Notes under the pieces: generated by a model
Database searches by the model: none
What the model saw: only the letters and a program-made list of their open reading frames with translations
Told to the model about the DNA's origin: nothing
Shown: positions 47,929 to 57,651 of the stretch, piece by piece
How positions within the stretch are numbered: position 1 is the stretch's first letter
Layout of the letters: each line of letters opens with the position of its first letter
Made by a program: the position numbers and the translations under genes
Origin: a virus
Virus record (IMG/VR): IMGVR_UViG_3300032087_004407
Location: 1 to 64,000 of that record
Direction: 5' to 3' (one strand)
DNA length: 64,000 nt

Positions 47929-48268
47929 GTTTACCCCAAAACTTATGCTCATAATCTGGAGTATTTTCTTGTATTAAAGCTTGTCTCCATTCCGCTTTAG
48001 AATATTCAGAAAGTAAAATATGATTACCTGTATTAGTGTCTTCAGACGGTATCCATCTTTTAGCAAGTTGATACATTTGAGCTTCCTCATAACCCAACAT
48101 ATTAGTTAAGCTGGCAAACTTTTTTAATAAAGTTTTTTTAGGAGGAGGATTTATTCCTCTCTCTATCTTGCGCCACATAGATTTTTCTACCCCAATTATC
48201 TTACAGAATTTTTCAAGATTCTTGAAATATTTTATTCTTTGCTGTTTGATGTACTCGTTAAATTTCAT
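47921..48268 (-). CDS. XRE-family HTH regulator
   Basis: FCKIIGVEKSMWRKIERGINPPP. Confidence 0.75.
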   Translation of the reverse strand: MKFNEYIKQQRIKYFKNLEKFCKIIGVEKSMWRKIERGINPPPKKTLLKKFASLTNMLGYEEAQMYQLAKRWIPSEDTNTGNHILLSEYSKAEWRQALIQENTPDYEHKFWGKLK

Positions 48269-48956
48269 TTTAAAAGTTCATGTATAACAAAACAAATAAA
48301 TCCAGCTATAGTAGCTTTTATTATATCATAAGCTATTTTACTATTTCTTCTTAATATTGACATTTATAGGTTCGTGTTGTTTAGTTGCGTAAATATGATG
48401 CAATTCGTCGTACGCTTCGTTGTAATTCCACCTTGGACATTTAAAAGACATTGTTTTATGCTTGGGATAATCTTCTTGCCATACCCAAGTACCGCTGCAG
48501 CCAGTAGAAAGAAAAAGAAGAAGCAAACATAAAATTAACCCACCAACAGGGATATATAAAGTCCACGTTTCTAAAAACTTTATTTCTTTGTCAAGATCCA
48601 TATTTATAACTCTAATAATAGTTTTTTCATTTTTTAAATTTAGATTTGAATATATCTATAATATATCTTGGGATAATCAATATCCAACCTAAAAATATAA
48701 ACAATATCTCTAGAACTTTTTGAAGTTTATTCATTTTTACGTTTTCTTTAGAAATTAATTTATTTATCGCTTCTAAAGATTCTTTGTCTGCACTCCATCT
48801 TTCATCCTTCCATGAAATACAATATATCTTCATCGAATACCAGAACCTACTTTTTCAAATGTTAAATCACTTTCCTGAATATTGCCTGGGGCTTCACATG
48901 ATGAAATACATACTGCTGTTATAAAGATAACTCCTATGATGTATAGAATACGTTCT

Positions 48957-49538
48957 TTAGTTTTTTGACTCATTTTCTACATATTGTTTTTGACTGATAA
49001 CTGGCGAACTGACGAACTTGATTATCTTTAAAGTTCCTACGCCAACGTTTTTTAACAAGCCGACTGTAGCCATAACTGTGCCTTTACCACCTTCTGCCGC
49101 GGAACCCACGGCCATGCCAACTGGGACTATCGCAGCTTCTGGATGAGCCTTTACAGCTTTGTAAGTATCTTTAAATTTAAACAGTTGGATAACTTCTTTT
49201 GCAGGAACTTTTTCTCCAGACTTAGCTGCGTCTTTTAATTTTTTCCAATCAATCTTTATGATTGAATCAGTTACTTCTTGTGAGCCCTGCATATAATGTC
49301 GCACATAATTTCTTTTAAACCAAGTTTTAGGTTTTTTTAATTTCCATTCTGGTTCTTCGGGATTGACCCAACTACCATTTTCATGGATAATTGTTTTACC
49401 TAGAAACTTTAATTCTTGAGAATCTTCTGCGATTGCATTGAATGCGCAGAAAAACGATAGTGTTAATATTAGTTTTTTCATTTTAATTAAATTCTGCTTT
49501 CTTCGTTCCCCTCCAGTCGGGAAACTCTGTTCTTCCAA
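48957..49538 (-). CDS. secreted hypothetical protein
   Basis: Signal peptide MKKLILTLSFFCAFNAIA at an internal Met. Confidence 0.5.
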   Translation of the reverse strand: MEEQSFPTGGERRKQNLIKMKKLILTLSFFCAFNAIAEDSQELKFLGKTIIHENGSWVNPEEPEWKLKKPKTWFKRNYVRHYMQGSQEVTDSIIKIDWKKLKDAAKSGEKVPAKEVIQLFKFKDTYKAVKAHPEAAIVPVGMAVGSAAEGGKGTVMATVGLLKNVGVGTLKIIKFVSSPVISQKQYVENESKN

Positions 49539-51036
49539 AGTTTGGTCCGTAAGCTGTCCACATATGTACAGTCGAGCCGTGCTTGACTATAACAGGACCC
49601 CAGTCATCAAATTTTAATCCTGGAATATCCATTTGATTTACATATTGATGAACGCCATTGGATATTAGTATATGATCATTGTCACCTGCATCCATACATC
49701 TTTGCGCCATGTTTATTCCTGCGCCACTAACATTTGGATTATCATTAATATCTTTTACTGGGACAACGGGTCCAGAATATACTCCGTTACGTAATCCTAT
49801 TTGGGGATGTTTGTAAGTCTTTTTACCTACGTCAACAGCACACTTGAATGCAGCATGCACAGAATTAAAGAATACGAGCGCCATGCCGTCTCCTGTGGGC
49901 AATATTATTAGCTTACCCTGTCTATTTGCCTGCTGAAAACCTTCAGTGCCTTTAACGTAAGATATAAGCTCATCTGTAACTCTTTTCTGTTCGGCCGTAC
50001 TCTTGTTTGAGTATCCTACAATATCCATAAAATATGTGTGAGCTTCGCAAGGGCTATCATAAACTAGTGACTCGCCTTTTAATTTAAATGGATCTTCTCC
50101 CCACTTCCATTTAATAACTCGTTGTCTTTTTTTCTTTTCTTCCTCTTGTTGAATTTTTTTTCTAACTTCAGCAGCTTTATCTTCTTTTTGTTTCATTTTT
50201 GCCGCCGCTGCTTCTAGCCTTTTTATTTTATCAGATTTAGATTCAAATAGTTTACCTAATAGTCCATCAGGTTCTTTAGGGACATCTTCATATTCATAAC
50301 CCTTAAATTCTGGCTCGCTATCACCACCAACTTGAACTTGATCTATAGATTGTTTGTATTTGACTTGGCCTCTAGTAGAATGTTTCATTGCGCCTTTAGA
50401 AACCAAATACTTTAACATTTCCTCATTCTCATTATCATTAGCTATTTCCCAAGGATTTAGTTGATCGAGTTCTGGCTCAAATGTAGATCCATTAACATTA
50501 GCTTTGTTTTCGAGTAATAATTTTACTATTTCAAGATTGTTCATTTCAACTGCGTAATGTATTGCCATCCACCCTCTAACGTCTCTTGCGTTTATTTTTA
50601 TAGAATCGTCTTCTAACAAACACTCTATTTCATCAATATCTTGCATTTGCACCGCTTGATGCAAGTTTAAGTCTTCGCCGTAGAACTTGCCGCCTTTTTT
50701 AATTAAATTGTTTATTATTTTTGTGCGATTAGGGCCTTCCGCAACGTCCATTGGATAAACTATTGGAGTTTTGTCTGAGTTATCTTCTTCAAGAGCAAGG
50801 TTCCAGTCGTTTTGTTTTTTCTTTTCTGGAGGCACGCTTTTGATGTTTGGCGTAATTCCAGCATCTAACATTAATTGCACGATTTTAGCTTTACTGTGGT
50901 GAGAAGCGTAGTGCATTGCACTCCACCCCAGCTCTTTATCTGGAGATAAAAAAACTTTTTTATTAGTCATTTGGGATAACGCTTTTTTTATACCCTTAAT
51001 GTTACCGTTGATAGCTAAATTGTGTATTTCTCCCAT
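49483..51036 (-). CDS. ankyrin-repeat protein fused to a class III nucleotidyl cyclase domain
   Basis: GWSAMHYA and GWMAIHYA ankyrin repeats; FMDIVGYS, TGDGMALVF and G.GINMAQRCMD cyclase motifs. Confidence 0.85.
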   Translation of the reverse strand: MGEIHNLAINGNIKGIKKALSQMTNKKVFLSPDKELGWSAMHYASHHSKAKIVQLMLDAGITPNIKSVPPEKKKQNDWNLALEEDNSDKTPIVYPMDVAEGPNRTKIINNLIKKGGKFYGEDLNLHQAVQMQDIDEIECLLEDDSIKINARDVRGWMAIHYAVEMNNLEIVKLLLENKANVNGSTFEPELDQLNPWEIANDNENEEMLKYLVSKGAMKHSTRGQVKYKQSIDQVQVGGDSEPEFKGYEYEDVPKEPDGLLGKLFESKSDKIKRLEAAAAKMKQKEDKAAEVRKKIQQEEEKKKRQRVIKWKWGEDPFKLKGESLVYDSPCEAHTYFMDIVGYSNKSTAEQKRVTDELISYVKGTEGFQQANRQGKLIILPTGDGMALVFFNSVHAAFKCAVDVGKKTYKHPQIGLRNGVYSGPVVPVKDINDNPNVSGAGINMAQRCMDAGDNDHILISNGVHQYVNQMDIPGLKFDDWGPVIVKHGSTVHMWTAYGPNFGRTEFPDWRGTKKAEFN

Positions 51037-51096
51037 ATATTTATTTTACACGATTTTTATGCAAAAAAGTGTATATATAATCAAAGGGCAAGCAAA

Positions 51097-53604
51097 ATGG
51101 CAAGAAACAGGACAATTTATTCAAATGAAATTTTGATGGTAGCTCCATCAGCAACAGGGTCACAACATCTAAATGACGGAGGCGCAGGAGAAAGCTTAAT
51201 CAGGCAGCTAAAGCGAGTCCAGAATGTTAATTATGGTTTTTCTATCAATCGAACTGATACTCATCAGTTTGGTCAATTAGCTAGAATAGATTCTGCAGTC
51301 TTATCTGCACCAACTGTTTCTTTAGACTTTAGTTATTACCTCACTGATGGCCAAAACGAAAATCTGCTGGGATTCGACAATACTGAAAATTCTAATTTTT
51401 TATCAGAAAGTTTTATAAACGACCAAGATGGTAGAAATTTTTATATTTATACTGCAGATCAAAAAAATGATGCCATAGGATCAATTTCAGATTTAGAAGC
51501 TCAATCAGACGATAATAAAAGCGTTATTGGAATTGGAAACTGTTATGTAACAAATTATTCCGTAAATGCTTCAGTTGGAGGGTTGCCAATTGCTTCAGTT
51601 TCTGCAGAAGCCTTTAACATAAAAGTTGATGCTGGCAATAAAGCTGGAGACAGCCCAGGAATTAACATAAAAGATGGCACAAAATCTACCGAAACATATG
51701 TTATACCAAATGAATATATAAGCACTGGAGACGGTGTAGCGCAATTATTACCAGGCGACATTGAGGTTGACTTTGGCACTGGCGCTTTATTAAGTTTAAT
51801 ATCTGATAGTGCTGGTGCAAATTCTGCTCATATACAAAGTTTTTCTATTGACGTGCCATTAGGAAGAACGACTTTGCAAAGAATTGGTAATTCGTTTGGG
51901 TACTCAAAAGTTTTAGATACTCCAATTACTGCATCTGTCAGCATTTCTGCTATTTTAGCAGATCGCCCAGATGAAACAAGATCTTTATTTGGAGAAATCT
52001 ACGCTAATAATAAAAATGATATTAAAATAACAATGCATAAACCTTCTAGTGCTGGAGCAAAGCAGGGAGACAAGTCTATTGTATATATATTAAAAAATGC
52101 TACATTGGAAAGCGAATCTTATGGTATGTCCATTGGTGACAACAGAAGCGCTGATTATACTTTTACGGCACAATTAGGTGATCCTAAAAATGTAGCAGAT
52201 GGCTCTTTGGGTGGATCATTTACAATGAATTCTTCTGGAAATTATGAGCAGTTACAAGTAATTGAAACAGGAATGTCAACAGACACAAAAACTGATGAGG
52301 GTCGTGGCCCATTTGCTTTTGGAAGCGCTGTAGCAGCGAATGACGACTTTTTGGTTGTCGGTGCAAGCGGATTTCTTGGCGGGGGTGACACATTCGAAAA
52401 TGGTGCAGCATATATTTATAAAAAAGAAAAAGGTTTCTACAAGCAAATCCACCAAACAAGCGGAGAAGCAGGAATTAGACAAGCTGGATTAAGTAATACT
52501 GCAAAATTACCAGATGATAGCAGGCATCATAATTTTGGCGCCGCAGTGGCCGTTAGCCCTAGTGGATTGATTGCAATTGCAACCCCAGATGCGGCTGGAG
52601 ATGATGGATCAGTTTCAATTTTTGAGCCCAATGATGCTAAAAACTCTTTTACAATTAATACTGTTTTAACTGATGCAACAAATAACATCAGATACTCAGA
52701 CGATATTGCTTTTGACAAATCTGTTAGTGGTGACGGTCAACAGCTCGGAGTTATAGGTGCGCCACATCAAACTGTCGGTAGCACTGGAAATCATGGGGCG
52801 ATATATTTATTTAAAGGAACAGTTACAAACGGATATAAAACTTCTGCAGTTGATGCGTTTACTGAGGCCCAGATAGGAACAGCCAGTTTAGACTTAGCTG
52901 GCCAAATTTTCACAGCAGGCCAAAGATTGGGGCATAGTGTAGCAATGCATAAAGGTGTTATTGTTGCTGGTGCGCCTGAAAATAATATTCTAGCAGGCAC
53001 GCACCCTTCGGGATCTGCACTGGTTTATGTTGCGACACAGGGAGGTGGTGACGCAATCGGAAACTATAGAGTTGTTGCAAATTTAACTGGCACTAAGTAC
53101 GGATCAACCGAAGGCGCAAGTCAAAATTCAGCTTTTGGCACTGACGTAGACATTTTCGAAAATACTATTGTAGTTGGCGCTCCTAGTGGCGATCACAATG
53201 GAACTTCTAATGCTGGAGCAGTTTTTGTATTTACAGGATTTAACGACGCGGCAAGTGACGCAACAAATTACAAGTCTAAGCCGACTCGATGGAAATACGC
53301 AGCTACGCTTAGTCAAACTGCTGCTGCAGCAAACGATTTATTTGGCTACACTGTATCAATGCCAACCGCTCATAAAATTGTTGTGGGCGCGCCAGGCAGA
53401 GGTGATGCTAATAAAGGCGCTGCTTACGTGTTTACTGGAGAAGGTTCTAGCTGGACCCAGACGCAAGAAATACAATATTCTGGAGTTGGAGGCACTGACA
53501 AACATGGAAGGCCAGAAACCGCATTAGCCGCAACCGAAAAAGAAATTTTTATTGGCGGACCAGGAAACACTGTTTCAGAAGAGGTAATTCGTTATAGAAT
53601 ATAA
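51097..53604 (+). CDS. tail-tube-like protein fused to FG-GAP repeats
   Basis: N-terminal RVQ..NYGF.INRTD..QFGQLA module; C-terminal FG.AV..VVGA and GAAY repeats; start moved to ATG 51097. Confidence 0.6.
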   Translation: MARNRTIYSNEILMVAPSATGSQHLNDGGAGESLIRQLKRVQNVNYGFSINRTDTHQFGQLARIDSAVLSAPTVSLDFSYYLTDGQNENLLGFDNTENSNFLSESFINDQDGRNFYIYTADQKNDAIGSISDLEAQSDDNKSVIGIGNCYVTNYSVNASVGGLPIASVSAEAFNIKVDAGNKAGDSPGINIKDGTKSTETYVIPNEYISTGDGVAQLLPGDIEVDFGTGALLSLISDSAGANSAHIQSFSIDVPLGRTTLQRIGNSFGYSKVLDTPITASVSISAILADRPDETRSLFGEIYANNKNDIKITMHKPSSAGAKQGDKSIVYILKNATLESESYGMSIGDNRSADYTFTAQLGDPKNVADGSLGGSFTMNSSGNYEQLQVIETGMSTDTKTDEGRGPFAFGSAVAANDDFLVVGASGFLGGGDTFENGAAYIYKKEKGFYKQIHQTSGEAGIRQAGLSNTAKLPDDSRHHNFGAAVAVSPSGLIAIATPDAAGDDGSVSIFEPNDAKNSFTINTVLTDATNNIRYSDDIAFDKSVSGDGQQLGVIGAPHQTVGSTGNHGAIYLFKGTVTNGYKTSAVDAFTEAQIGTASLDLAGQIFTAGQRLGHSVAMHKGVIVAGAPENNILAGTHPSGSALVYVATQGGGDAIGNYRVVANLTGTKYGSTEGASQNSAFGTDVDIFENTIVVGAPSGDHNGTSNAGAVFVFTGFNDAASDATNYKSKPTRWKYAATLSQTAAAANDLFGYTVSMPTAHKIVVGAPGRGDANKGAAYVFTGEGSSWTQTQEIQYSGVGGTDKHGRPETALAATEKEIFIGGPGNTVSEEVIRYRI

Positions 53605-53669
53605 CAAGTTTTAGTGTAATATATTATGGTGATAACACCAAAACTAAGCACTAAAATTTTTATAAAACA

Positions 53670-54494
53670 ATGGCTAGAAAATCTGCTATCAAGGCGGTGT
53701 CTAATGCTGACGTTATTTGCGAAACTGACGAAAACAACATAATAGATTGCATGTCTTCTTTGAAAAAGAAAAAAATAAAATTAAACCCAGTAAAGTTTAC
53801 TGAAAAACAAAAACAATTTTTAAAATTATCGATTGCTAAAGATACGAAAATGATGTTTGTACGCGGTCCCGCTGGAACAAGCAAAACTTATTTGGCTGTA
53901 TATACTGCACTTCAACTTTTCAATATTAACAACGATTATGATATTATGTATGTTCGTACTATTGCTGAGAGTGGCGAAAAAGGTTTGGGCTCGCTTCCAG
54001 GAGACGTTAATGAAAAGTTTAATCCTTTTATGATGCCACTAAATGATAAGCTTGAAGAAATGATAGCCTCACAAGAAAGAAGCTTTTTAGAACAAAAGAA
54101 AATCATAAATGCTATGCCCATAAATTACTTGCGCGGCTCAAACTGGATTAATAAAATTATTATTGCAGATGAATCTCAAAATTTCACCGCAAAGGAGTTA
54201 ACAACTCTAATAACAAGACTAGGAGAAAATAGTAAATTATTTATTTGCGGCGATCCTATGCAAAGTGACATTAATGGTAAAAGCGGCTTTAAAACTATAT
54301 CAAATCTTTTTAATGATAAAGAATCTAACGAAAAAGGCATATATTGTTTTGACTTTTACAAGGAGGATATTGTAAGAAGCGAGATACTTAAATTTATTGT
54401 TGGTAAGCTCGAAAAACTACAAGAAACTCCTGCTCCAGCTAAAAAAAGAGCCACAAGACAAAATAAAAGTGTAAACACTAAACGTTCAAGTTAG
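53670..54494 (+). CDS. phoH: PhoH-family ATPase
   Basis: GPAGTSKT, LGSLPG, YLRG, DESQN, TRLGENSK, GDPMQSD and DIVRS motifs. Confidence 0.92.
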   Translation: MARKSAIKAVSNADVICETDENNIIDCMSSLKKKKIKLNPVKFTEKQKQFLKLSIAKDTKMMFVRGPAGTSKTYLAVYTALQLFNINNDYDIMYVRTIAESGEKGLGSLPGDVNEKFNPFMMPLNDKLEEMIASQERSFLEQKKIINAMPINYLRGSNWINKIIIADESQNFTAKELTTLITRLGENSKLFICGDPMQSDINGKSGFKTISNLFNDKESNEKGIYCFDFYKEDIVRSEILKFIVGKLEKLQETPAPAKKRATRQNKSVNTKRSS

Positions 54495-54524
54495 AAATAT
54501 TTTAAAAAATATATAAAATAAAAT

Positions 54525-54914
54525 ATGCCATTTAGATACTGTACACAATGTGGTTTTAAAAACGTTTACACTTTAAACGAGGCAAAATTTTGTGCTGGTT
54601 GTGGGCAATCACTGAACCAGGCGACAGCAGGCAACGAACCACAAACCACAAACGCACCTCACCTGCAATCAGCACAAGCTAATTTAGAAGAACCAACAGA
54701 CATTCCAAATATTTCAAAATTAGAATACTCTGTTGATGTTGGCGCCAATAACAAAACGACTATTGGTCAACTTATAAATTCAAAACAATCTTCATCTGAA
54801 GGTACGAGGATCTCAAACACTAGTCAAGCTTCAAAAAGAATGACTCGAGAAGAAATTGAAGCTGAAACTATGAGAGAATGTCAAAGTGCTCGTAACAGAC
54901 CTTTAGATGATTAA
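54525..54914 (+). CDS. zinc-ribbon protein
   Basis: YCTQCG...FCAGCG. Confidence 0.7.
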   Translation: MPFRYCTQCGFKNVYTLNEAKFCAGCGQSLNQATAGNEPQTTNAPHLQSAQANLEEPTDIPNISKLEYSVDVGANNKTTIGQLINSKQSSSEGTRISNTSQASKRMTREEIEAETMRECQSARNRPLDD

Positions 54915-55630
54915 TGCCTCGCAAAAAGAAATATAAGTACGAAGACAAAGTCGAAATTATTGACGCAGAGCTTCAAAAAAGAAAACACAAGTGGCATTTA
55001 AATGCACTTGCATGGTTTGACTTCGAAGACGTTGAGCAGATCATAAGATTTCATATTTTTAAAAAGTGGGATCAATGGGATCAATCAAGAAATCTTGAAC
55101 CATGGGTTAACAAAATCATCTCTAATCAACTTAAAAACATTCTAAGAAATCATTATAGTAATTTTGCGCGGCCATGTTTAAACTGTCCATTCAACGAATC
55201 AGAAGAAGAAGGTGGCGGCGAAAACAGTTGCTCGTTCACACCAAGTAAAAAACAATGCTCTGAATGCAAGCTTTATGCTAAATGGGAAAAAAGTAAAAAA
55301 CATGCGTATGATATAAAGTTACCACTAGCACTTGAAAATCATCAACAAGAAGTATTTGCTATTTCAACAACAGAGTTTAATTTTGGCGACTCTATAAAAA
55401 AACTACACATTGAAATGAAGATGGTATTGAATACAAAACATTACAAAGTTTACGAAGACTTATTTATTAAAAATTTACCAGAAGATGAAGTTGCAAAAGA
55501 TCTTGGTTATACCACTAATGAAAAAAACAGAAAAGCTGGATACAAGCAAATCAAAAACTTAAAAAAAATGTTTAAAGAAAAAGCTATTTTGATTATTAAG
55601 GAAAAAGATATTATAATAACAAATGAGTGA
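54914..55630 (+). CDS. phage sigma70/ECF-like factor with a Cys-rich insert
   Basis: Region-2-like DFEDVEQ..W..WD...W...I..N...N.LR; region-4-like EDEVAKDLG; CLNC/CSEC insert. Confidence 0.6.
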   Translation: MPRKKKYKYEDKVEIIDAELQKRKHKWHLNALAWFDFEDVEQIIRFHIFKKWDQWDQSRNLEPWVNKIISNQLKNILRNHYSNFARPCLNCPFNESEEEGGGENSCSFTPSKKQCSECKLYAKWEKSKKHAYDIKLPLALENHQQEVFAISTTEFNFGDSIKKLHIEMKMVLNTKHYKVYEDLFIKNLPEDEVAKDLGYTTNEKNRKAGYKQIKNLKKMFKEKAILIIKEKDIIITNE

Positions 55631-56675
55631 ATTAACTGACGAACAAAAAAAGTTAATTGCAGAAAACTACAAATCTATACCAGACTTAACACGGCTAACG
55701 CAAATAGTATCGGGTGACGATACCATTGATGGTAGAAGTAAGATTGGTCGAGCCATTAGAAAATTCATGGTAGATCAAGGGTTAAACTATCAAACTTCTA
55801 AACATTCAAAGGTTGAGGAAATAATTTTAACAGATGAAGAAAAAGAATTTTTAAATTCACATGCTGGTCAAGATATGTCAAGTATACAATTAGCAGAATT
55901 GTTGTGGCCAAACAAAGAAATCAAAAAACTTTCAAAAGAACAAAGAGTTGTTGCAGACTACATTAAGAACCATCATCCAGACTTTGTAAAATCGGAAGAA
56001 AGTGCTGTGGGCACGAGATACAGTCCGCCAAAAGCTTTGTCAAGGTCAATCAAAAAGATAAATGACTTTGCAGGTAAAGATCTTGATGAAAACAAACTGC
56101 AAATGCAAGATAGAAAAGCTGCAGAGAGCTTAATGAACTTTTTATCAAGCCCTAGATTTTTACAAGTGATCAACAACTACGGCTCACAAGAAGACAGAGA
56201 ATTATTTGAGGCAGAGTTTGTAAGATGTGTTTGGGATAAACCAGATTTAACGTCTGACGAAATTAACTTATACATCAATGTGTGCATGGATTATATAAAT
56301 TTAAAACACATTGAACAACAAAAGGCTAAGTTAAACATGATGTTTGATGACGCTCAAGATCAACAAGAATTTACGATCCGCTTAACGGAAATTTTAAAAA
56401 CCAAGAGCGAAGAATATAATCAATGTGCATCACGTATGGACAAGTTGATTACTAAATTAAATGGTGATCGCGCAAAACGTGTCGCATCTAGGAATCAGCA
56501 GAACGCTAGTATTTTAAATATTGTTCAACTTTTTCAAGAAGAACAAGAGCGTGGCATTATGGTTAAGATGGCAGAAATGCAAAAGAAGGTTGTTCGCAAA
56601 GAGGCGGACGAACTTGAGTCCATGGGCGAATGGAAGTCAAGAGTTTTAGGAGTGAGAAAAGACGATGTCATTTAA
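55623..56675 (+). CDS. hypothetical protein of the packaging module
   Basis: 350-aa ORF in the operon ahead of the terminase. Confidence 0.6.
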   Translation: MSELTDEQKKLIAENYKSIPDLTRLTQIVSGDDTIDGRSKIGRAIRKFMVDQGLNYQTSKHSKVEEIILTDEEKEFLNSHAGQDMSSIQLAELLWPNKEIKKLSKEQRVVADYIKNHHPDFVKSEESAVGTRYSPPKALSRSIKKINDFAGKDLDENKLQMQDRKAAESLMNFLSSPRFLQVINNYGSQEDRELFEAEFVRCVWDKPDLTSDEINLYINVCMDYINLKHIEQQKAKLNMMFDDAQDQQEFTIRLTEILKTKSEEYNQCASRMDKLITKLNGDRAKRVASRNQQNASILNIVQLFQEEQERGIMVKMAEMQKKVVRKEADELESMGEWKSRVLGVRKDDVI

Positions 56676-57651
56676 CTGTAAAGAATGTGGTAAAGATTTT
56701 GGATCTGAGGCGGCACTTCATCGCCATCTAAAAGGCCATGACATGACACTTGCGGATTACTATACAAAACATTTTCCAAGAAAAAATTTATTGACTGGTG
56801 ATCTTTTACCATTCAAAAACAAGAAGGATTATTTTGCAAAAGATTTTTCTACATACAGTCAACTTTTAAAATGGTGCCACCATTCAGATGTTGATGAAGT
56901 TAAAAAATATACTTTAAAAAAACTAAAAGAACGCATACAAGAAAAAGAGTTAAAACTTGGCCCAACACATCTTGAGCTTTTACTAAGTGATTTACCAACA
57001 ATAGACATTTACAAAAAGTTTTTCACAAGTTATTCTCATGCTTGTAGTCAAGCTGGAGTACGCCCAATGCTATATAGAAACTTGGACGAAAGCTTTTTTA
57101 CTCAAGAAGGTTTTGACAACTTAGAAATAGTTATTGACACACGCGAAAACAATCCACTACCTTTTAAAAATACTAAAAAGTTTGCATTAGACTTTGCAGA
57201 TTATACTGCAAGTGGCACTAAATATGATTATACATTTGTAGAAAGAAAAAGCGAGTCAGATTTTAAATCTACAATGTCGTATAACTTTCCGCGGTTTAGA
57301 AAAGAAATGGCAAGAGCAAAAGCAATGGACAGTTATGTGTTTGTTGTGGTTGACAGCAGTATACAAAAAATTAAAAAGCAAAATCACTTTTCTCCACATC
57401 CCGCAAACTTAAAATTTATTTTTCACAATATGAAAGCATTATGCCACGAGTTCCCAGAAACATGTCAATTTGTTTTTTCTGGTAATAGAACTTCTTCAAT
57501 GGATTTGATTCAAAGAATTTTATATTTTGGAAGAAAGATATGGTATTGTGATTTACAATATCATATAGACGCAAGAAATTATGGCTTGGCAAGAAGGCAA
57601 TCAAAAAAGAAGACTCAGCAAAACCCGCGATATAAACAAAGAGCTTCTTGA
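56665..57651 (+). CDS. C2H2 zinc finger plus ERCC4/XPF-type nuclease
   Basis: CKECGKDF...LHRHLKGH; VIDTRE, ADY and VERKS motifs. Confidence 0.7.
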   Translation: MSFNCKECGKDFGSEAALHRHLKGHDMTLADYYTKHFPRKNLLTGDLLPFKNKKDYFAKDFSTYSQLLKWCHHSDVDEVKKYTLKKLKERIQEKELKLGPTHLELLLSDLPTIDIYKKFFTSYSHACSQAGVRPMLYRNLDESFFTQEGFDNLEIVIDTRENNPLPFKNTKKFALDFADYTASGTKYDYTFVERKSESDFKSTMSYNFPRFRKEMARAKAMDSYVFVVVDSSIQKIKKQNHFSPHPANLKFIFHNMKALCHEFPETCQFVFSGNRTSSMDLIQRILYFGRKIWYCDLQYHIDARNYGLARRQSKKKTQQNPRYKQRAS

